NCBI GenBank assembly: GCA_963841015.1
Contig: CAWJAX010000002.1
Coordinates: 288,001 to 352,000, forward strand
DNA length: 64,000 bases
Direction: 5' to 3'
Source: an uncultured Methanoregulaceae archaeon
GTDB lineage: Archaea > Halobacteriota > Methanomicrobia > Methanomicrobiales > Methanospirillaceae
The notes under the pieces were generated by a model. It worked only from the letters and a program-made list of their open reading frames with translations, did no database searches and was not told the DNA's origin. Below are positions 9,421-21,081 of the stretch, piece by piece. How positions within the stretch are numbered: position 1 is the first letter of the stretch; each line of letters begins with the position of its first letter. The translations under genes were made by a program, and so were the position numbers.

Positions 9421-11020
9421 TTACGCCCGCTTCCCGGATGCCGGCTCGATCCCGGTAGGCTGGTTGCGGATTGTCCGTTCTTTCATGATGGTATAGACTT
9501 CTGTCGCATGCTCACGGGGTACCTCGACAAAGGAATAGGAGTCCAGGATCCGTATCGCACCGATGGCCTTTCCTGGTATCCCTGTCTCACCGGCAATCGC
9601 CCCGACAATGTCTTTTGGTGCTACGTTATGCATCCTGCCCACACCTAAAAAGAACCTGACCATACCGGCTTCTGCTCCTGTGTCAGCGAAATCCATCTCT
9701 TTTAGCTTTTCCGGTGCTTCCTCACTGCCCTGCTCCATCTGCATCTTGAGGAGCGCCGCAGCAATATCAATAGTACCTGAGGTCACCTTCAGTCTCATGC
9801 TCGATGATACGGATGTAAGGCTCCACGCCTCCCGCCTTGATAATCTCACGCACCTTTTCGAGCATCGTGCGGGTACGTGTTTCTGCCACGTCACCCTGCG
9901 TAGGAATTGGCATGCGGGGGATCTGGATTTTTGCGTAATGCTGGATCTCCCGGAGTTTGGTAAAATCCTTGGGTGCGACAAAAGTCACTGCCTTACCGGT
10001 CCTGCCAGCCCTGCCTGTTCTCCCGATACGGTGAACGTAATATTCAACATCCTGAGGAACGTCGTAGTTGATGATCATATCTACATCCTCAACATCGATA
10101 CCCCGGGCAGCCACATCGGTTGCGACCAGGATCTCAATCGAACCTTTCCGGAACCCGCCCATCACCCGGTCACGCTGGGACTGTTTCATATCGCCGTGAA
10201 GCTCTTCAGCCCGGTACCCTCTTGCCTTGATCTTCCCGGCGAGTTCTTCTGCCCTGCGTTTCGTGTTGCAAAAGACAATGGACAGGTGCGGGTCGGCGAT
10301 ATCGATCAGCCGGCAGAGTACATCGAGCTTTTCGCGCTCTTTAACCTCGATATACGATTGTTCTATCTGCGGTACAATCAGATCAGCATACTCAACCTTG
10401 ACAAACTCAGGTTTATTCATGAACCGTTTGGAAATATCAATGATGGGCTGGGGGAGGGTCGCAGAGAAAAGAAGGGTCTGGCGTTTCTGCGGGATCTTTT
10501 TTAAGATCAGTTCAATATCGTCCCGGAATCCCATGTCAAGCATCTGGTCTGCTTCGTCAAGAACAACCGCGGATACTTCATCGAGTGAGAGTGTCCGGCG
10601 CCTGAGATGGTCCATCACCCGTCCCGGGGTGCCAATCACAATATTGACGCCGGTATGAAGCGCCCGCAACTGGCGGTCGATCGGCTGGCCGCCGTATACC
10701 GGAAGCACTGTTATACGCGGGAGATGGGAAAGGAGCTCAGAGAACTCTTCTGCGATCTGGATTGCGAGTTCACGCGTCGGGCAGAGTACAATTGCCTGGA
10801 CTGTTCTGTGGGATGCATCAATCTTCTCAATAATGGGAATGCCAAATGCTGCTGTCTTTCCTGTACCTGTTTGTGCCTGGGCTGTTACGTCACGGCCCGC
10901 CTGAATGAGAGGGATAGCGAGTGCCTGGATGGGTGTGGGCTCTTCAAAGCCCATATCTTCTATTGCTTTACCGATTTCACGTGAGAGGTGAAAATCGGAA
11001 AATTGCATACGAGTATTCAT
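9421..11020 (-). CDS. deaD: DEAD-box RNA helicase with C-terminal DbpA RNA-binding domain; +1 indel near 9776
   Basis: Q motif, AQTGTGKT, PTRELA, DEAD, SAT and HRIGRTGRAG in 9767..11020. The DbpA domain (DIVGAIAGETGIPGKAIGAI) is in the adjacent frame. Removing one base gives EGDLSTIDIAAALLK. Confidence 0.9.
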
Positions 11021-11152
11021 ATCGCAACACCATTTGCTGTGAGGGTTCTTAAGATGGTGCTTTCAGACAGGTCTTCTATTACCTGAAAAGGGGTACCCTG
11101 CGGTTTTTTTATCTGTTCATGAGAGAATGGATTAGTAAAAAGGTGAAGAGAA

Positions 11153-11728
11153 ATGAAGGTTGTTGCATTCAATGGAAGTGCACGCAAAGATGGCAATACG
11201 GCGATTCTTGTCAATGCAGTGTTCGGGGAACTGAAAAAAGCTGGGATAGCAACCGAGCTCGTCCAGCTTGCAGGAAAGAAGATCCGGGGCTGTACTGCGT
11301 GTGGAAAATGCTTTGAGAAGCAGAATAACCGGTGCGCGGTCAAAGGCGATATTGTCAACGATTGTATCGAAAAGATGCTGGATGCTGACGGGATTATCCT
11401 TGCATCGCCGACATATTTTGCGGATGTTTCCTCGGAAATGAAAGCCCTGATAGACCGGGCAGGATTTGTGGCCAAGGCAAACCAGGATATGTTCAGGCGA
11501 AAAACGGGTGCTGCCGTTGTCGCTGTGAGAAGGGGTGGTGCAATTCATGCATTTGACACCATCAATCACTTTTTTTTCATAAACCAGATGGTGGTTCCAG
11601 GTTCGTCCTACTGGAACATCGGAATCGGGCTTGCGCCGGGTGATGTGAATGGTGACGACGAAGGAATTATGACGATGAAGACCCTGGGTGCCAATATGGC
11701 ATGGCTGATGAAAAAAATCCAGGAATAG
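11153..11728 (+). CDS. iron-sulfur flavoprotein (Isf/flavodoxin family)
   Basis: FNGSARKDGNT, CTACGKC-x7-C, ASPTYF, MKALIDR and RRGG. Confidence 0.9.
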   Translation: MKVVAFNGSARKDGNTAILVNAVFGELKKAGIATELVQLAGKKIRGCTACGKCFEKQNNRCAVKGDIVNDCIEKMLDADGIILASPTYFADVSSEMKALIDRAGFVAKANQDMFRRKTGAAVVAVRRGGAIHAFDTINHFFFINQMVVPGSSYWNIGIGLAPGDVNGDDEGIMTMKTLGANMAWLMKKIQE

Positions 11729-11737
11729 TAACTTTTT

Positions 11738-12481
11738 TCAGATTTCAATAGTCAGGTCATCGGTTGCTACAACCAGACCGGGGTATTCTTTCCCGAATTG
11801 TTTTTGTATATCACGTCGATCATCAAGAGTCCTGTACACTTCTGCGCCAAAATGCATGAGTGCAAGACGCTTCGCGTGTGCTTCTCTTGCAATATATATT
11901 GCATTTTCAGGATTGAGATGTGGCCAGCCGGGGCTTTCCTGCCCCGGTTTCAATCCACATTCAGTAATGAGAAGATCCGCATTACGGGCAAGCGTGACAG
12001 CATTCACACAGACCCCCGTATCGGTGCAGTAGGTGATTACCTTGCCGTCAAGATTCAACCTGTACCCATAGCAGGGTGCCGGGTGTACGAGCGGGAGGCA
12101 TTCAACCGGGAACGGGAGGGTATGCTTCCCCTCTTCAAGTTCCGCAATACTGACAGGATACGGAAGTTGTGCGAACGGGACCGTAAAAGGCTCTGCAACA
12201 AACGTATTCAGGATGGCGGCAGTCCCCACCTGCCCGAAGATCTTCAAACCCTTCGGGAATCTGAATTTGACCAGCGTGTGGAGTCCCGTAATATGGTCGA
12301 TATGAAAATGGCTGATGAACAGGTATGCCGGCTTGTCCTGGGTTATATAGTGATCTGCTTTTGCGATACCATTGCCGGCATCAAGGATGATGTCATACTC
12401 TTCTGCCTGAATCAGGACCGAGCAGGTATTGCCAGTCACCGTATCATACCAGCCGTTCGTCCCCAGGAACGTGACCTTCAT
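11738..12481 (-). CDS. MBL-fold metallohydrolase, RNase Z-like
   Basis: FLGTNG, SHFHIDH, HPAPCYGYR, YCTDTG and HLNP. Confidence 0.88.
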   Translation of the reverse strand: MKVTFLGTNGWYDTVTGNTCSVLIQAEEYDIILDAGNGIAKADHYITQDKPAYLFISHFHIDHITGLHTLVKFRFPKGLKIFGQVGTAAILNTFVAEPFTVPFAQLPYPVSIAELEEGKHTLPFPVECLPLVHPAPCYGYRLNLDGKVITYCTDTGVCVNAVTLARNADLLITECGLKPGQESPGWPHLNPENAIYIAREAHAKRLALMHFGAEVYRTLDDRRDIQKQFGKEYPGLVVATDDLTIEI

Positions 12482-12593
12482 GATTACCGGGTTGTCGTTT
12501 TCAGGGCAAAAATGTTCAGGTACGTGGGGTCCTCTTTTCAACCTCCCCTTTTAAGAAAGTCGTTATATGATTTTGAACAGAGAATATACGATT

Positions 12594-13489
12594 ATGAAAC
12601 AAACAGGCGTTATTACTATTATTGTAGTGCTGCTTCTCTGCGGTTTCGTTTTACCTGCCGGAGCAGTCATGCTGGAGGTAACGGTTAAAGGACCGGTAGC
12701 GACTATCAACCCGGATAAGAATACCCTGACGGTTGACTACCCGCTCCAGTATGAATGCAATTACCCGGTGAACGAAGCACCGGTCTGTTCCTATACGCCC
12801 ACCAACAAGACCGGACTTACCGGCACAGTACCGGACGCACTGCATTCACCGTCTTTAAAAACGGCGATCCAATTATCGCGACCAACCTTGGGGGTCAAGG
12901 AGAGACGTGGATTACGCTGGCAAAGTTATATGGCTCACGGCCAAACGAGGAGCTGGTAACCGATATTATTGGCGATATACGCACAATCCCGACCCCGCTC
13001 ATCGGCAATTATTCTCTGGATGCAACAACGGTCCCTGACTGTTCGGCATGTACTGGCACCACATGCACGGCCAGATCAGCCATAATCATGGTAAAGAGCG
13101 ATGGATACGGAGTCCTGGCACGGACACTCATGCCGGGGGAATCGTTTACCTATAGTGGAAGGAACGACGGCTCGGGTGTGACCGTCACATTCGTCAAAGG
13201 AGAGGCATCATCCACAATCTGTCCGGGGAAATCTGGTAGCACCGGGCCTCAGGCAATTTCTGTGTATATCGTCAAAATAGTGCCACCAATCAGTGCAGCC
13301 CAGACAAATATCCGGACCGCAACAACAACCCGGCCTGACGAAGCGCTGACACCGCAGCAATCACTGTCAGCGACATCCAGGACACCTGTTGCGGGACCGG
13401 CAACAACAACCAGGGCCGGCATGGTGCCCCTGGCGGTGATCGGGGCGATAGGGTTAGCAGGGCTTGCTCTTATGATGAAACGGAAATAA
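12594..13489 (+). CDS. secreted protein with C-terminal membrane anchor; -1 indel near 12838
   Basis: The signal peptide is in ORF 12567..12959 and the continuation (TAFTVFKNGDP...) in ORF 12755..13489. It ends in a Thr-rich linker, TM helix and KRK. Confidence 0.75.
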
Positions 13490-13676
13490 ATCTTTTTTCT
13501 GACACTCTGCCTGCCAGGTGACGCGATCTGGACTCTCTCATCCATCTCCCATTGACAGCTCTGGACAAACAGGCATGAATCGATTCGTTTCAGAGCCCAT
13601 TCACCGGTCTTTAAATAACTGCAACCTTCTAAATAGATCGGCTTTAAAATCCCAATGTATACAAAACGGTGTGAGT

Positions 13677-14516
13677 ATGGTTCGTGTTGGTGTCCATGTT
13701 TCAATCGCAGGCTCACTGGATTTCGCTGTCGATCGCGCAAAAGAAACCGGGTGTGACGTGTTCCAGATGTTCTCCCGCAACCCCCGGGGCTGGGGATACA
13801 AACCGTTGTCGGACCATGATTGCGATACTTACAAGGAGAAGATCCGGGCCACCGGAATAATTCCCGTTGACCATATGCCCTATCTTCCGAACCTGGCCTC
13901 CCCAAAACCAGATATTTACGAAAAATCTATCGCAGCCCTCACTGCTGAACTTGACCGGTGTGGTCGGCTTGGTATCCCGTATCTCATTACCCACCTCGGA
14001 CATCACCTTGGTGACGGGATTGCCGGAGGAAGGGCACGGGTCATCACTGCGATTAATACGGCTCTTGGTGAATCTGACTCTACGGTAATGCTGCTTCTTG
14101 AAAATACGGCAGGAGAGAAGAACAGTGTCGGCAGCAGTTTCGAGCACATCCGCGGAATCCTGGAAGGGATTGAAAATCACACCCGGACTGGTGTCTGTTT
14201 TGATACCTGTCACGCATTTGCAGCGGGATATGAGCTGAGGACAGAAACAGGCCTTGCAGAAACACTTGCAGAGTTCGATGATCACATTGGTATCCGAAAT
14301 CTCAAAATCATCCACCTGAATGATACGAAAGGTGACCGGGGAAGCGGACTTGACAGGCACGAGCACATAGGAATGGGATTCATCGGTGAAAACGGGTTCC
14401 GGAACATTCTTCGCCATCCTGTTCTTTCAGCCCTCCCGCTGATTTGTGAAACCCCGGTAGATGAACGACGGGATGATGTGGGCAATATTGCTAAAGTGCG
14501 TGAGCTGGCAGGATAA
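13677..14516 (+). CDS. nfo: endonuclease IV (AP endonuclease)
   Basis: GVHVSIAG, HMPYLPNLAS, LLENTAG, CFDTCHAFAAGY, HLND, DRHEHIG and ETP. Confidence 0.95.
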   Translation: MVRVGVHVSIAGSLDFAVDRAKETGCDVFQMFSRNPRGWGYKPLSDHDCDTYKEKIRATGIIPVDHMPYLPNLASPKPDIYEKSIAALTAELDRCGRLGIPYLITHLGHHLGDGIAGGRARVITAINTALGESDSTVMLLLENTAGEKNSVGSSFEHIRGILEGIENHTRTGVCFDTCHAFAAGYELRTETGLAETLAEFDDHIGIRNLKIIHLNDTKGDRGSGLDRHEHIGMGFIGENGFRNILRHPVLSALPLICETPVDERRDDVGNIAKVRELAG

Positions 14517-14808
14517 CGTATCCGGGATTTGTTTCTTCAAGAATGACTTGACCAGTTCAAATACAAAATCCCCACATATCCTAAACGGATTGGGGGTCTG
14601 GAGAAACGGACATGAATCTGTCACATTTTTACGGATCCGTACGTTATAACCGCAATACACGCAGGGTAGGGAAACTGGTATCGGCCCCTGCTTCATTGTA
14701 CGATGCTTTGTATTTCCTGTTTTTTTAAAAAGGAAATTTACAGAGCCAAAAACAGTTTCCTCATTTTTTCCGTGCTCTTATTATCTTTCACAAACAATAG
14801 ATCCGGCA

Positions 14809-15819
14809 GTGAAGGCAATATTTGACGGCACTGTAGTTCGTATGGGGAAAGAGGGGAGGGTACTCTATGAACAAAGCGGCTATGGACGGCTCGATCAGGA
14901 CGGAGTGAAACTGACAAACCAGGAGGCCCTCTATCTTCTCCACCGGCAGAAGATCGATGTGCCCGGGTACACGTTCAACACCCTGGCTTCCAGGTTTGCC
15001 GATCAACCTGATTTCCTGCGAAGTTTTCTGGTGTATCGGGATATGCGGGAACGGGGATATGTTGTGCAGGCCGGACCGCACGATTTCCGGGTGTTCAAAC
15101 GCGGTGAAAAACCCGGTACAGGGGAGTCGCTCTATCTTGTCCGAGTCCTTTCCGAACGCGATCCGATCCGGTTTGTAAAACTCATTGAAGAGGTTGTTGC
15201 CTCAAGAAACATGCGCAAGCAATATGTACTCGCTGTTGTCGATGACGAAGATGAGCTGACCTATTACGAGATTAAACTCCAGAAACTGGTTGAACCCGGA
15301 AATTATTTGCCTGATGTATCCTCTCAGGAAGCATTCCTTGTGGGAAAATCCGCAATGGTGATGGTGCCGGCCCATTCAGATCTCGAAAAGTCAGGATTTG
15401 GTAAACGGTTTGACGCTGAACGTCTGATGCTCGCTCCTGTTGAACTGCTGTATCTGATGGGGATAGGAAAAATTGTCCTCAAAAGTGGGAATAACCTTGT
15501 CAGGACTGGTGAGTATTTTGCACTCGCCAGTGAGACTGATGGAGAACTTGCCGAGAAAGATAAGGTATATACTGAACTCAGAGGGCACAATTTCACTCCA
15601 CGGACGGGCTACAAGTTTGGTCATCATTTCCGGGTCTATTGTGGGAAAAATGTTCATTCAGACATGCTGGTTCACGCAGTTGAAAAAGAGGCGTCTCTTC
15701 CCATGAGCGTGATCTCGCGATCAGTCCGGATGGCACACAGTGTCAAAAAGAAGATGTTGTTTGGCGCTGTACATACTACCGGAATTCAGTTCGTCGAATT
15801 TGCACGAATCAAACTATGA
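14809..15819 (+). CDS. endA: tRNA-intron endonuclease (two-repeat, alpha2 type)
   Basis: Duplicated EALYL/VYRDMRERG and ELLYL/TGYKFGHHFRVY units; first gene of the endA-trpS-pheS-pheT run. Confidence 0.93.
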   Translation: MKAIFDGTVVRMGKEGRVLYEQSGYGRLDQDGVKLTNQEALYLLHRQKIDVPGYTFNTLASRFADQPDFLRSFLVYRDMRERGYVVQAGPHDFRVFKRGEKPGTGESLYLVRVLSERDPIRFVKLIEEVVASRNMRKQYVLAVVDDEDELTYYEIKLQKLVEPGNYLPDVSSQEAFLVGKSAMVMVPAHSDLEKSGFGKRFDAERLMLAPVELLYLMGIGKIVLKSGNNLVRTGEYFALASETDGELAEKDKVYTELRGHNFTPRTGYKFGHHFRVYCGKNVHSDMLVHAVEKEASLPMSVISRSVRMAHSVKKKMLFGAVHTTGIQFVEFARIKL

Positions 15820-15828
15820 GCGTTCACC

Positions 15829-17085
15829 ATGCAGGAACCCCAGATTAATCCCTGGTCAAGCAACCAGACCGTTGATGTTGAGAAATTATTCTCCGATTTT
15901 GGCATCGAGCCCATCGCCCCGATAACCCCTGAACTCCCCAGCGTCCCGTATTTTATGCGGAGAGGTATCGTAGTGGGGCACCGCGACTATCGCCCTATCG
16001 CCAGTGCTATACGCAACCGCACGCCCTTTCACATCCTTACCGGGTTCATGCCGAGTGGCCACCCGCATCTCGGCCACCTGATGGTCATGAAGGAGGTGGT
16101 ATGGCATGTGCAGCAGGGCGGTAATGGCTACGTTACCATTGCCGACCGTGAGGCACATGCAGTACGGGACATGTCATGGGAAAAGTGCAGTGAGTACGGG
16201 AAAGAGTACCTTGCCTGCCTTTATGCTCTCGGCTTTGAGGGACAGACCTATTTCCAGAGTAAAAATGAACGGCTGAAAGATCTCGCCTTTGAAGCCGCAA
16301 CCAAAGTAAATTTCTCCGAGCTGGCGGCAATTTATGGTTTTTCACCCGAGACGGATCTCGCCCATGCCGACAGTGTGATCACGCAGGTTGCAGATATCCT
16401 GTTCCCCCAGATCGATCGCGAACCGGCCCCGACGGTTGTCCCTGTTGGTATTGATCAGGACCCGCACATACGGCTTACCCGGGGTGTCGCCCACAAACTC
16501 CGCATGTTTACCGTAGAAGAGAGGCATGACTGCATAAGCGTCCGATCAAAGAACGCACCTGGGAAAGCGCTTGACGCGGTAAAAGCAGCATTCCCGCATG
16601 CAAAGAAGTACGAGGGACATGTAGATATCAAAGACGCACAATGCTCCGATGTCAGTGCAAAGGTCCGCCAGATAGAACGTGCGCATGGGGGTTTTGCCTT
16701 CTACACCCCTTCGTCCACCTACCATATTTTCATGCCGGGACTTACCGGTGGTAAGATGTCCAGCAGTATTCCCGAAAGCATCATATCGTTTTATGAGTCT
16801 GAAGCGACGGTAAGAAAGAAAGTGATGGCGGGTATTACCGGCGGAAGGATGACGCTTGAGGAACAGAAGCGTTATGGTGGGGAACCCGACCGGTGTTCCC
16901 TGTACCTGCTCAACCTTTTCCATATGGTAACTGATGATGCGGAGCTTGCTGAGATACGGAGAAAATGTGTTTCTGGTGAGATGATGTGCGGCACCTGCAA
17001 GAAGGAGACAGCTGAACGTGTGGTTGCGTTCCTGAAAGACTTCAAGGATAAAATGGACGCAGCGGCGGATAAGATCGAGGTGTAA
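15829..17085 (+). CDS. trpS: tryptophanyl-tRNA synthetase
   Basis: TGFMPSGHPHLGH (HIGH), VPVGIDQDPH and GGKMSSS. Confidence 0.96.
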   Translation: MQEPQINPWSSNQTVDVEKLFSDFGIEPIAPITPELPSVPYFMRRGIVVGHRDYRPIASAIRNRTPFHILTGFMPSGHPHLGHLMVMKEVVWHVQQGGNGYVTIADREAHAVRDMSWEKCSEYGKEYLACLYALGFEGQTYFQSKNERLKDLAFEAATKVNFSELAAIYGFSPETDLAHADSVITQVADILFPQIDREPAPTVVPVGIDQDPHIRLTRGVAHKLRMFTVEERHDCISVRSKNAPGKALDAVKAAFPHAKKYEGHVDIKDAQCSDVSAKVRQIERAHGGFAFYTPSSTYHIFMPGLTGGKMSSSIPESIISFYESEATVRKKVMAGITGGRMTLEEQKRYGGEPDRCSLYLLNLFHMVTDDAELAEIRRKCVSGEMMCGTCKKETAERVVAFLKDFKDKMDAAADKIEV

Positions 17086-17086
17086 G

Positions 17087-18529
17087 ATGGCGGAACTGAC
17101 ACAGAATGAGAAACGGTTGCTGGGAACGTTAGAGAAAGAGAAGAAGGCGGATGCTACGCATCTTGCCGGGCTTCTTGAGGCAACCCCGGAGGCAGTCGTG
17201 CAGTGGGCCCACCTGGCACAGGATAAGGGGCTGGTAAAAGTCGAACGGATCGTTGTGAAGGAATTTATCCCGACCGAAGAAGGAGAGCAGTACCGAAAGT
17301 CCAACCTGCCAGAAACTCAATTATTCTCAATATTACCTCCTAGCACTCAACTTTCAGATCTCCAAAAACATCCCGCCTTTAAAATTGGATTTGGCCAGTT
17401 ACGAAAGAAAGGGCTCATTCACGTCGATGGTTCCACGGTAATAAAAGATCAAAACAAGTCAACAAGCGCTGAGGAAGCTGCATTGCGAAATCCCCAGGCC
17501 GGTGAACCGTACACTAAAGAACTTGTCAAGCGTGGGATCCTGCAGGAATGCGAGACCGTGCGGTACGTCATTACCATCACTCCTGAAGGTCTCATGGTCG
17601 CCGCAAAAGGTCTCGACTTCCGCGAAGAGACCGGCACACTTACCCGCGAACAGATCCTCTCGGGTAGCTGGAAGACCGCGAACCTCCGCAGGTATGACGT
17701 AACCAAGCTCCCAAAGAAGGTATACCCCGGAAAGGTCCACCCCTACCAGCGGATCATTGCCGAAATGCGGGAGATCCTCCTCGAGATGGGTTTTGAGGAA
17801 CTCTACGGTGACATTGTCCAGCAGTGCTACTGGAATTTCGACGCCCTCTTCCAGCCACAGGACCACCCGGCCCGCGAGATGCAGGATACTTTCTACCTCA
17901 AAGAGACCATCCCGCTTCCAAAGGGCTACGAAAAAGTGAAGGCCATGCACATCTCCGGTGGGGATACGTCTTCGACCGGCTGGGGTGGGGTATGGAGGGA
18001 GGAGAAGGCCGAGCAGTGCGTGCTCCGTACCCACACCACGAGCCTTTCTATCCAGCACCTTGCAATGAACAGGAATCCGCCCGTAAAAGCGTTCGCGGTC
18101 GGCAGGGTATACCGGCGCGAGACTATTGACACCACTCACCTTGCAGAGTTCGAGCAGCTCGAGGGGATCGTGATGGATGAGGGTGTCACGTTCGGGAACC
18201 TGCTCGGGATCCTCCGCGAGTTCTACAACCGCATGGGCTTCGAGAGTGTTCGGTTCAAGCCCTCGTATTACCCCTACACCGAGCCGAGCCTTGATGCGGA
18301 AGTGTACATTGACGGGATCGGCTGGATTGAGATGGGCGGCGCAGGCGTCTTCCGTGAGGAGGTTACCGCACCGATCGGCATCGATTTCCCCGTCCTCGCA
18401 TGGGGCCTCGGCGTGAGCCGGATCGCGATGCTCCGCCTCGGTCTCAAGGACCTCAGGCTCCTGCACAAGAGTGATGTGGCGTTTCTCCGCGAGACCCCTT
18501 CGCTGCGGAAGTTACATGGAGGGATCTGA
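17087..18529 (+). CDS. pheS: phenylalanyl-tRNA synthetase alpha subunit
   Basis: [34 protein letters not shown] and YPYTEPS. Confidence 0.96.
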   Translation: MAELTQNEKRLLGTLEKEKKADATHLAGLLEATPEAVVQWAHLAQDKGLVKVERIVVKEFIPTEEGEQYRKSNLPETQLFSILPPSTQLSDLQKHPAFKIGFGQLRKKGLIHVDGSTVIKDQNKSTSAEEAALRNPQAGEPYTKELVKRGILQECETVRYVITITPEGLMVAAKGLDFREETGTLTREQILSGSWKTANLRRYDVTKLPKKVYPGKVHPYQRIIAEMREILLEMGFEELYGDIVQQCYWNFDALFQPQDHPAREMQDTFYLKETIPLPKGYEKVKAMHISGGDTSSTGWGGVWREEKAEQCVLRTHTTSLSIQHLAMNRNPPVKAFAVGRVYRRETIDTTHLAEFEQLEGIVMDEGVTFGNLLGILREFYNRMGFESVRFKPSYYPYTEPSLDAEVYIDGIGWIEMGGAGVFREEVTAPIGIDFPVLAWGLGVSRIAMLRLGLKDLRLLHKSDVAFLRETPSLRKLHGGI

Positions 18530-18530
18530 C

Positions 18531-20159
18531 ATGGCCGTTATCACCCTTCCTTACAGGTACCTCGAGCGGCTTACTCGCACCGACCGGAAGACAATCCTCG
18601 AGAAGGTACCCCTCATCGGTTCGGACGTGGAACGTACCGAGGAAGACCATGCAGACGTGGAGTTCTTCCCCGACCGTCCCGATCTCTTCAGTCCGGAAGG
18701 CGTTGCCCGGGCAATGCGGGGATATCTCGGGATCGAAACCGGTCTGCCCTCGTACCCGGTCAGACCCTCGGGGATCTCTTTCACCATCGACCCGAAGCTG
18801 GCAGACATCCGTCCCATACTCGGCGCCGCCGTGATCCGCGGGGTCTCGTTCGATGACGAGTCGATCCAGAGCATCATGTCCCTGCAGGAATCGCTCCACT
18901 GGGCGGTAGGCCGGGGCCGGAGCAAGGTTGCGATCGGCATCCATGACATGGATACCATAAAGCCGCCGTTCCGGTATATTGCATCGCCGCGGACCCGGAA
19001 GTTCGTACCGCTTGATTATACTGAAGAGATGACCATGGACGAGATCCTCGAGAAGCACCCGAAAGGCCGGGACTATGCGAAGATAGTCAAAGACTTCCCG
19101 CTCTTCCCGCTCATTGTTGATCGGGACGACAATGTCCTCTCGTTCCCCCCGATCATCAACGGCGAGCGGACACGGGTGACCATCGACTCGAAGAACATCC
19201 TGCTCGATACGACCGGCACCGACCCGCGGGCTGTCGGTGTTGCAGTCAACATAATCTGCACGGCAATGGCCGAGGCAGGGGCTGCCATCGAGAGCGTGGA
19301 GATAGGTGGAGTACAGACTCCGACTCTTGCTCCCTCTGAACGGACAGTAAACGTGAAAGAGTGCTCCAGGCTTCTCGGTGTTGAGCTGACAGCTTCGTCA
19401 ATGGCCGGTCTCCTCAAAAAGATGCGCTTTGGTGCAGAACCTGCAGGAAAAGGCAAGGTAAAAGTCCAGGTGCCCTGCTACCGAGCCGATATCATGCATG
19501 ACTGGGACCTCTTCGAGGACGTGGCAATTGCGTACGGGTACGACAAACTCGAATCCCACCCCCCAAAGACCTTCACCGTGGGAAAACCCCACCCGGTGCA
19601 GGTCAACGCCGCCCTTGCCCGCGAGGTGTTCACGGGCCTCGGGTACCTTGAAGTGATGCCATTCACCCTCACGAACAAGGACGTTCTCTACAGGATGATG
19701 CAGCGCCCCGAAACAAAGGGCGTCCTCCATGTCATGCACCCGATCAGCATCGAGAACACCGTCGTAAGGACCGAGCTCCTCCCCCTGCTCCTCGAGTTCC
19801 TTACTATTAACCGGCACCGGGAACTGCCCCAGCGCCTCTTCACCGTGGGCGACGTTGTTTTGGACTGCCGTACCCACCAGCAGGCAGCCGGTGTCAGCAC
19901 CCACGCGGACGCGGACTTCTCGGAAACGTATGCCTCAGCTGATGCGGTGCTGCACGAGCTCTCCATCGTCTATACCGTGAAGGAATCGGCAGACCCGGCG
20001 TTCATTGACGGACGCCGTGGGGATATAGTCGTAGCGGGAAAAGCCGTAGGCGTCTTTGGCGAGATTCATCCTGCTGTGCTGAACGCATTTGAGCTTGAGC
20101 ACCCCGTTGCCGCATTTGAGTTCGATCTCAGAGCCGTACAGGGATACCCCTGCCTCTGA
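18531..20159 (+). CDS. pheT: phenylalanyl-tRNA synthetase beta subunit
   Basis: [42 protein letters not shown] and FGEIHP. Confidence 0.96.
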   Translation: MAVITLPYRYLERLTRTDRKTILEKVPLIGSDVERTEEDHADVEFFPDRPDLFSPEGVARAMRGYLGIETGLPSYPVRPSGISFTIDPKLADIRPILGAAVIRGVSFDDESIQSIMSLQESLHWAVGRGRSKVAIGIHDMDTIKPPFRYIASPRTRKFVPLDYTEEMTMDEILEKHPKGRDYAKIVKDFPLFPLIVDRDDNVLSFPPIINGERTRVTIDSKNILLDTTGTDPRAVGVAVNIICTAMAEAGAAIESVEIGGVQTPTLAPSERTVNVKECSRLLGVELTASSMAGLLKKMRFGAEPAGKGKVKVQVPCYRADIMHDWDLFEDVAIAYGYDKLESHPPKTFTVGKPHPVQVNAALAREVFTGLGYLEVMPFTLTNKDVLYRMMQRPETKGVLHVMHPISIENTVVRTELLPLLLEFLTINRHRELPQRLFTVGDVVLDCRTHQQAAGVSTHADADFSETYASADAVLHELSIVYTVKESADPAFIDGRRGDIVVAGKAVGVFGEIHPAVLNAFELEHPVAAFEFDLRAVQGYPCL

Positions 20160-20934
20160 GATACTGTTTTACGTCCCTGATGGTGAATTCACCGTAGTGA
20201 AATACGCTTGCTGCAAGGCAGGCATCGGCTTTTCCTTTGGTAAACCCGTCATAGAAATGCGCGAGTGTTCCAACCCCCCCGCTTGCAATGACCGGAATCC
20301 CGGCTGCATCGGAAATTGCGGAGGTGATGGCAATATCAAACCCGTTCTTTGTGCCATCTGTTTCCATACTGGTCAGGAGGATCTCGCCGGCGCCCCGTTC
20401 CTCGGCCTCTTTTGCCCACCTGATGGCATCAATACCGGTAGGTTTACTCCCCCCGTAAATGACCACCTCATACCAGCATGTGCGTCCATTGTCCAGATAA
20501 ACAGGGGTTGACGTGTTATTGGGCGTGAAATTCCGCCGCACATCCATAGCGACCACGATGCACTGCGTGCCAAACGCTTCGGCTCCTCTTGTGATCAGGG
20601 TGGGATCGTGTACAGCACTCGTATTGATACTCACCTTATCGGCTCCTGCCCGGAGGATCTGCTGGATATCATCAAGTGACCTGAGACCTCCCCCTACGGT
20701 AAGCGGCAGGAAGAGCTCGTCTGCAGCTCGTTGAATGAGCTCAATGATGATACCCCGCTTCTCCCTGGAGGCGGTGATATCAAGGAATACCACTTCGTCT
20801 GCACCCTGCTCGTTGTACCGCCCGGCAAGCTCCACCGGGTTTCCGGCATCGCGGAGCCCGAGAAAGTTCGTGCCTTTCACCACCCTGCCATCCTTGAGAT
20901 CAAGACAGGGTATGATTCGTCGCGTCAGCACCAT
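20128..20934 (-). CDS. hisF: imidazole glycerol phosphate synthase cyclase subunit
   Basis: [35 protein letters not shown] and IASGG. Confidence 0.96.
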   Translation of the reverse strand: MVLTRRIIPCLDLKDGRVVKGTNFLGLRDAGNPVELAGRYNEQGADEVVFLDITASREKRGIIIELIQRAADELFLPLTVGGGLRSLDDIQQILRAGADKVSINTSAVHDPTLITRGAEAFGTQCIVVAMDVRRNFTPNNTSTPVYLDNGRTCWYEVVIYGGSKPTGIDAIRWAKEAEERGAGEILLTSMETDGTKNGFDIAITSAISDAAGIPVIASGGVGTLAHFYDGFTKGKADACLAASVFHYGEFTIRDVKQYLRGRGIPVRL

Positions 20935-21081
20935 TGGATACACCTTGAACGGCGGATACTATCTACATTTCCTATTGGTTATTCATTCGCGGAGTTTTTA
21001 TGTAACTTGCCGTGCCTATTCATAGGGTAGTCAGTTACCGGGCGGCTGCTTTTTAAAGCCCCCATCGGATGAGGATGTTTC

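Noticed and set aside
9760-9800. Programmed frameshifting in the DEAD helicase or apgM
   Set aside because: There is no slippery heptamer or stimulatory structure, and the window-wide indel pattern, including the tRNA, favours sequencing error.
14427-14696. Small CxxC ORF on the minus strand
   Set aside because: It overlaps the nfo 3' end by 90 bp and has no family motif, so it cannot be supported.
16500-16700. Insertion in TrpRS before the KMSSS motif as an intein
   Set aside because: It is about 65 aa with no intein terminal residues, and looks like the lineage-typical insert of euryarchaeal TrpRS.
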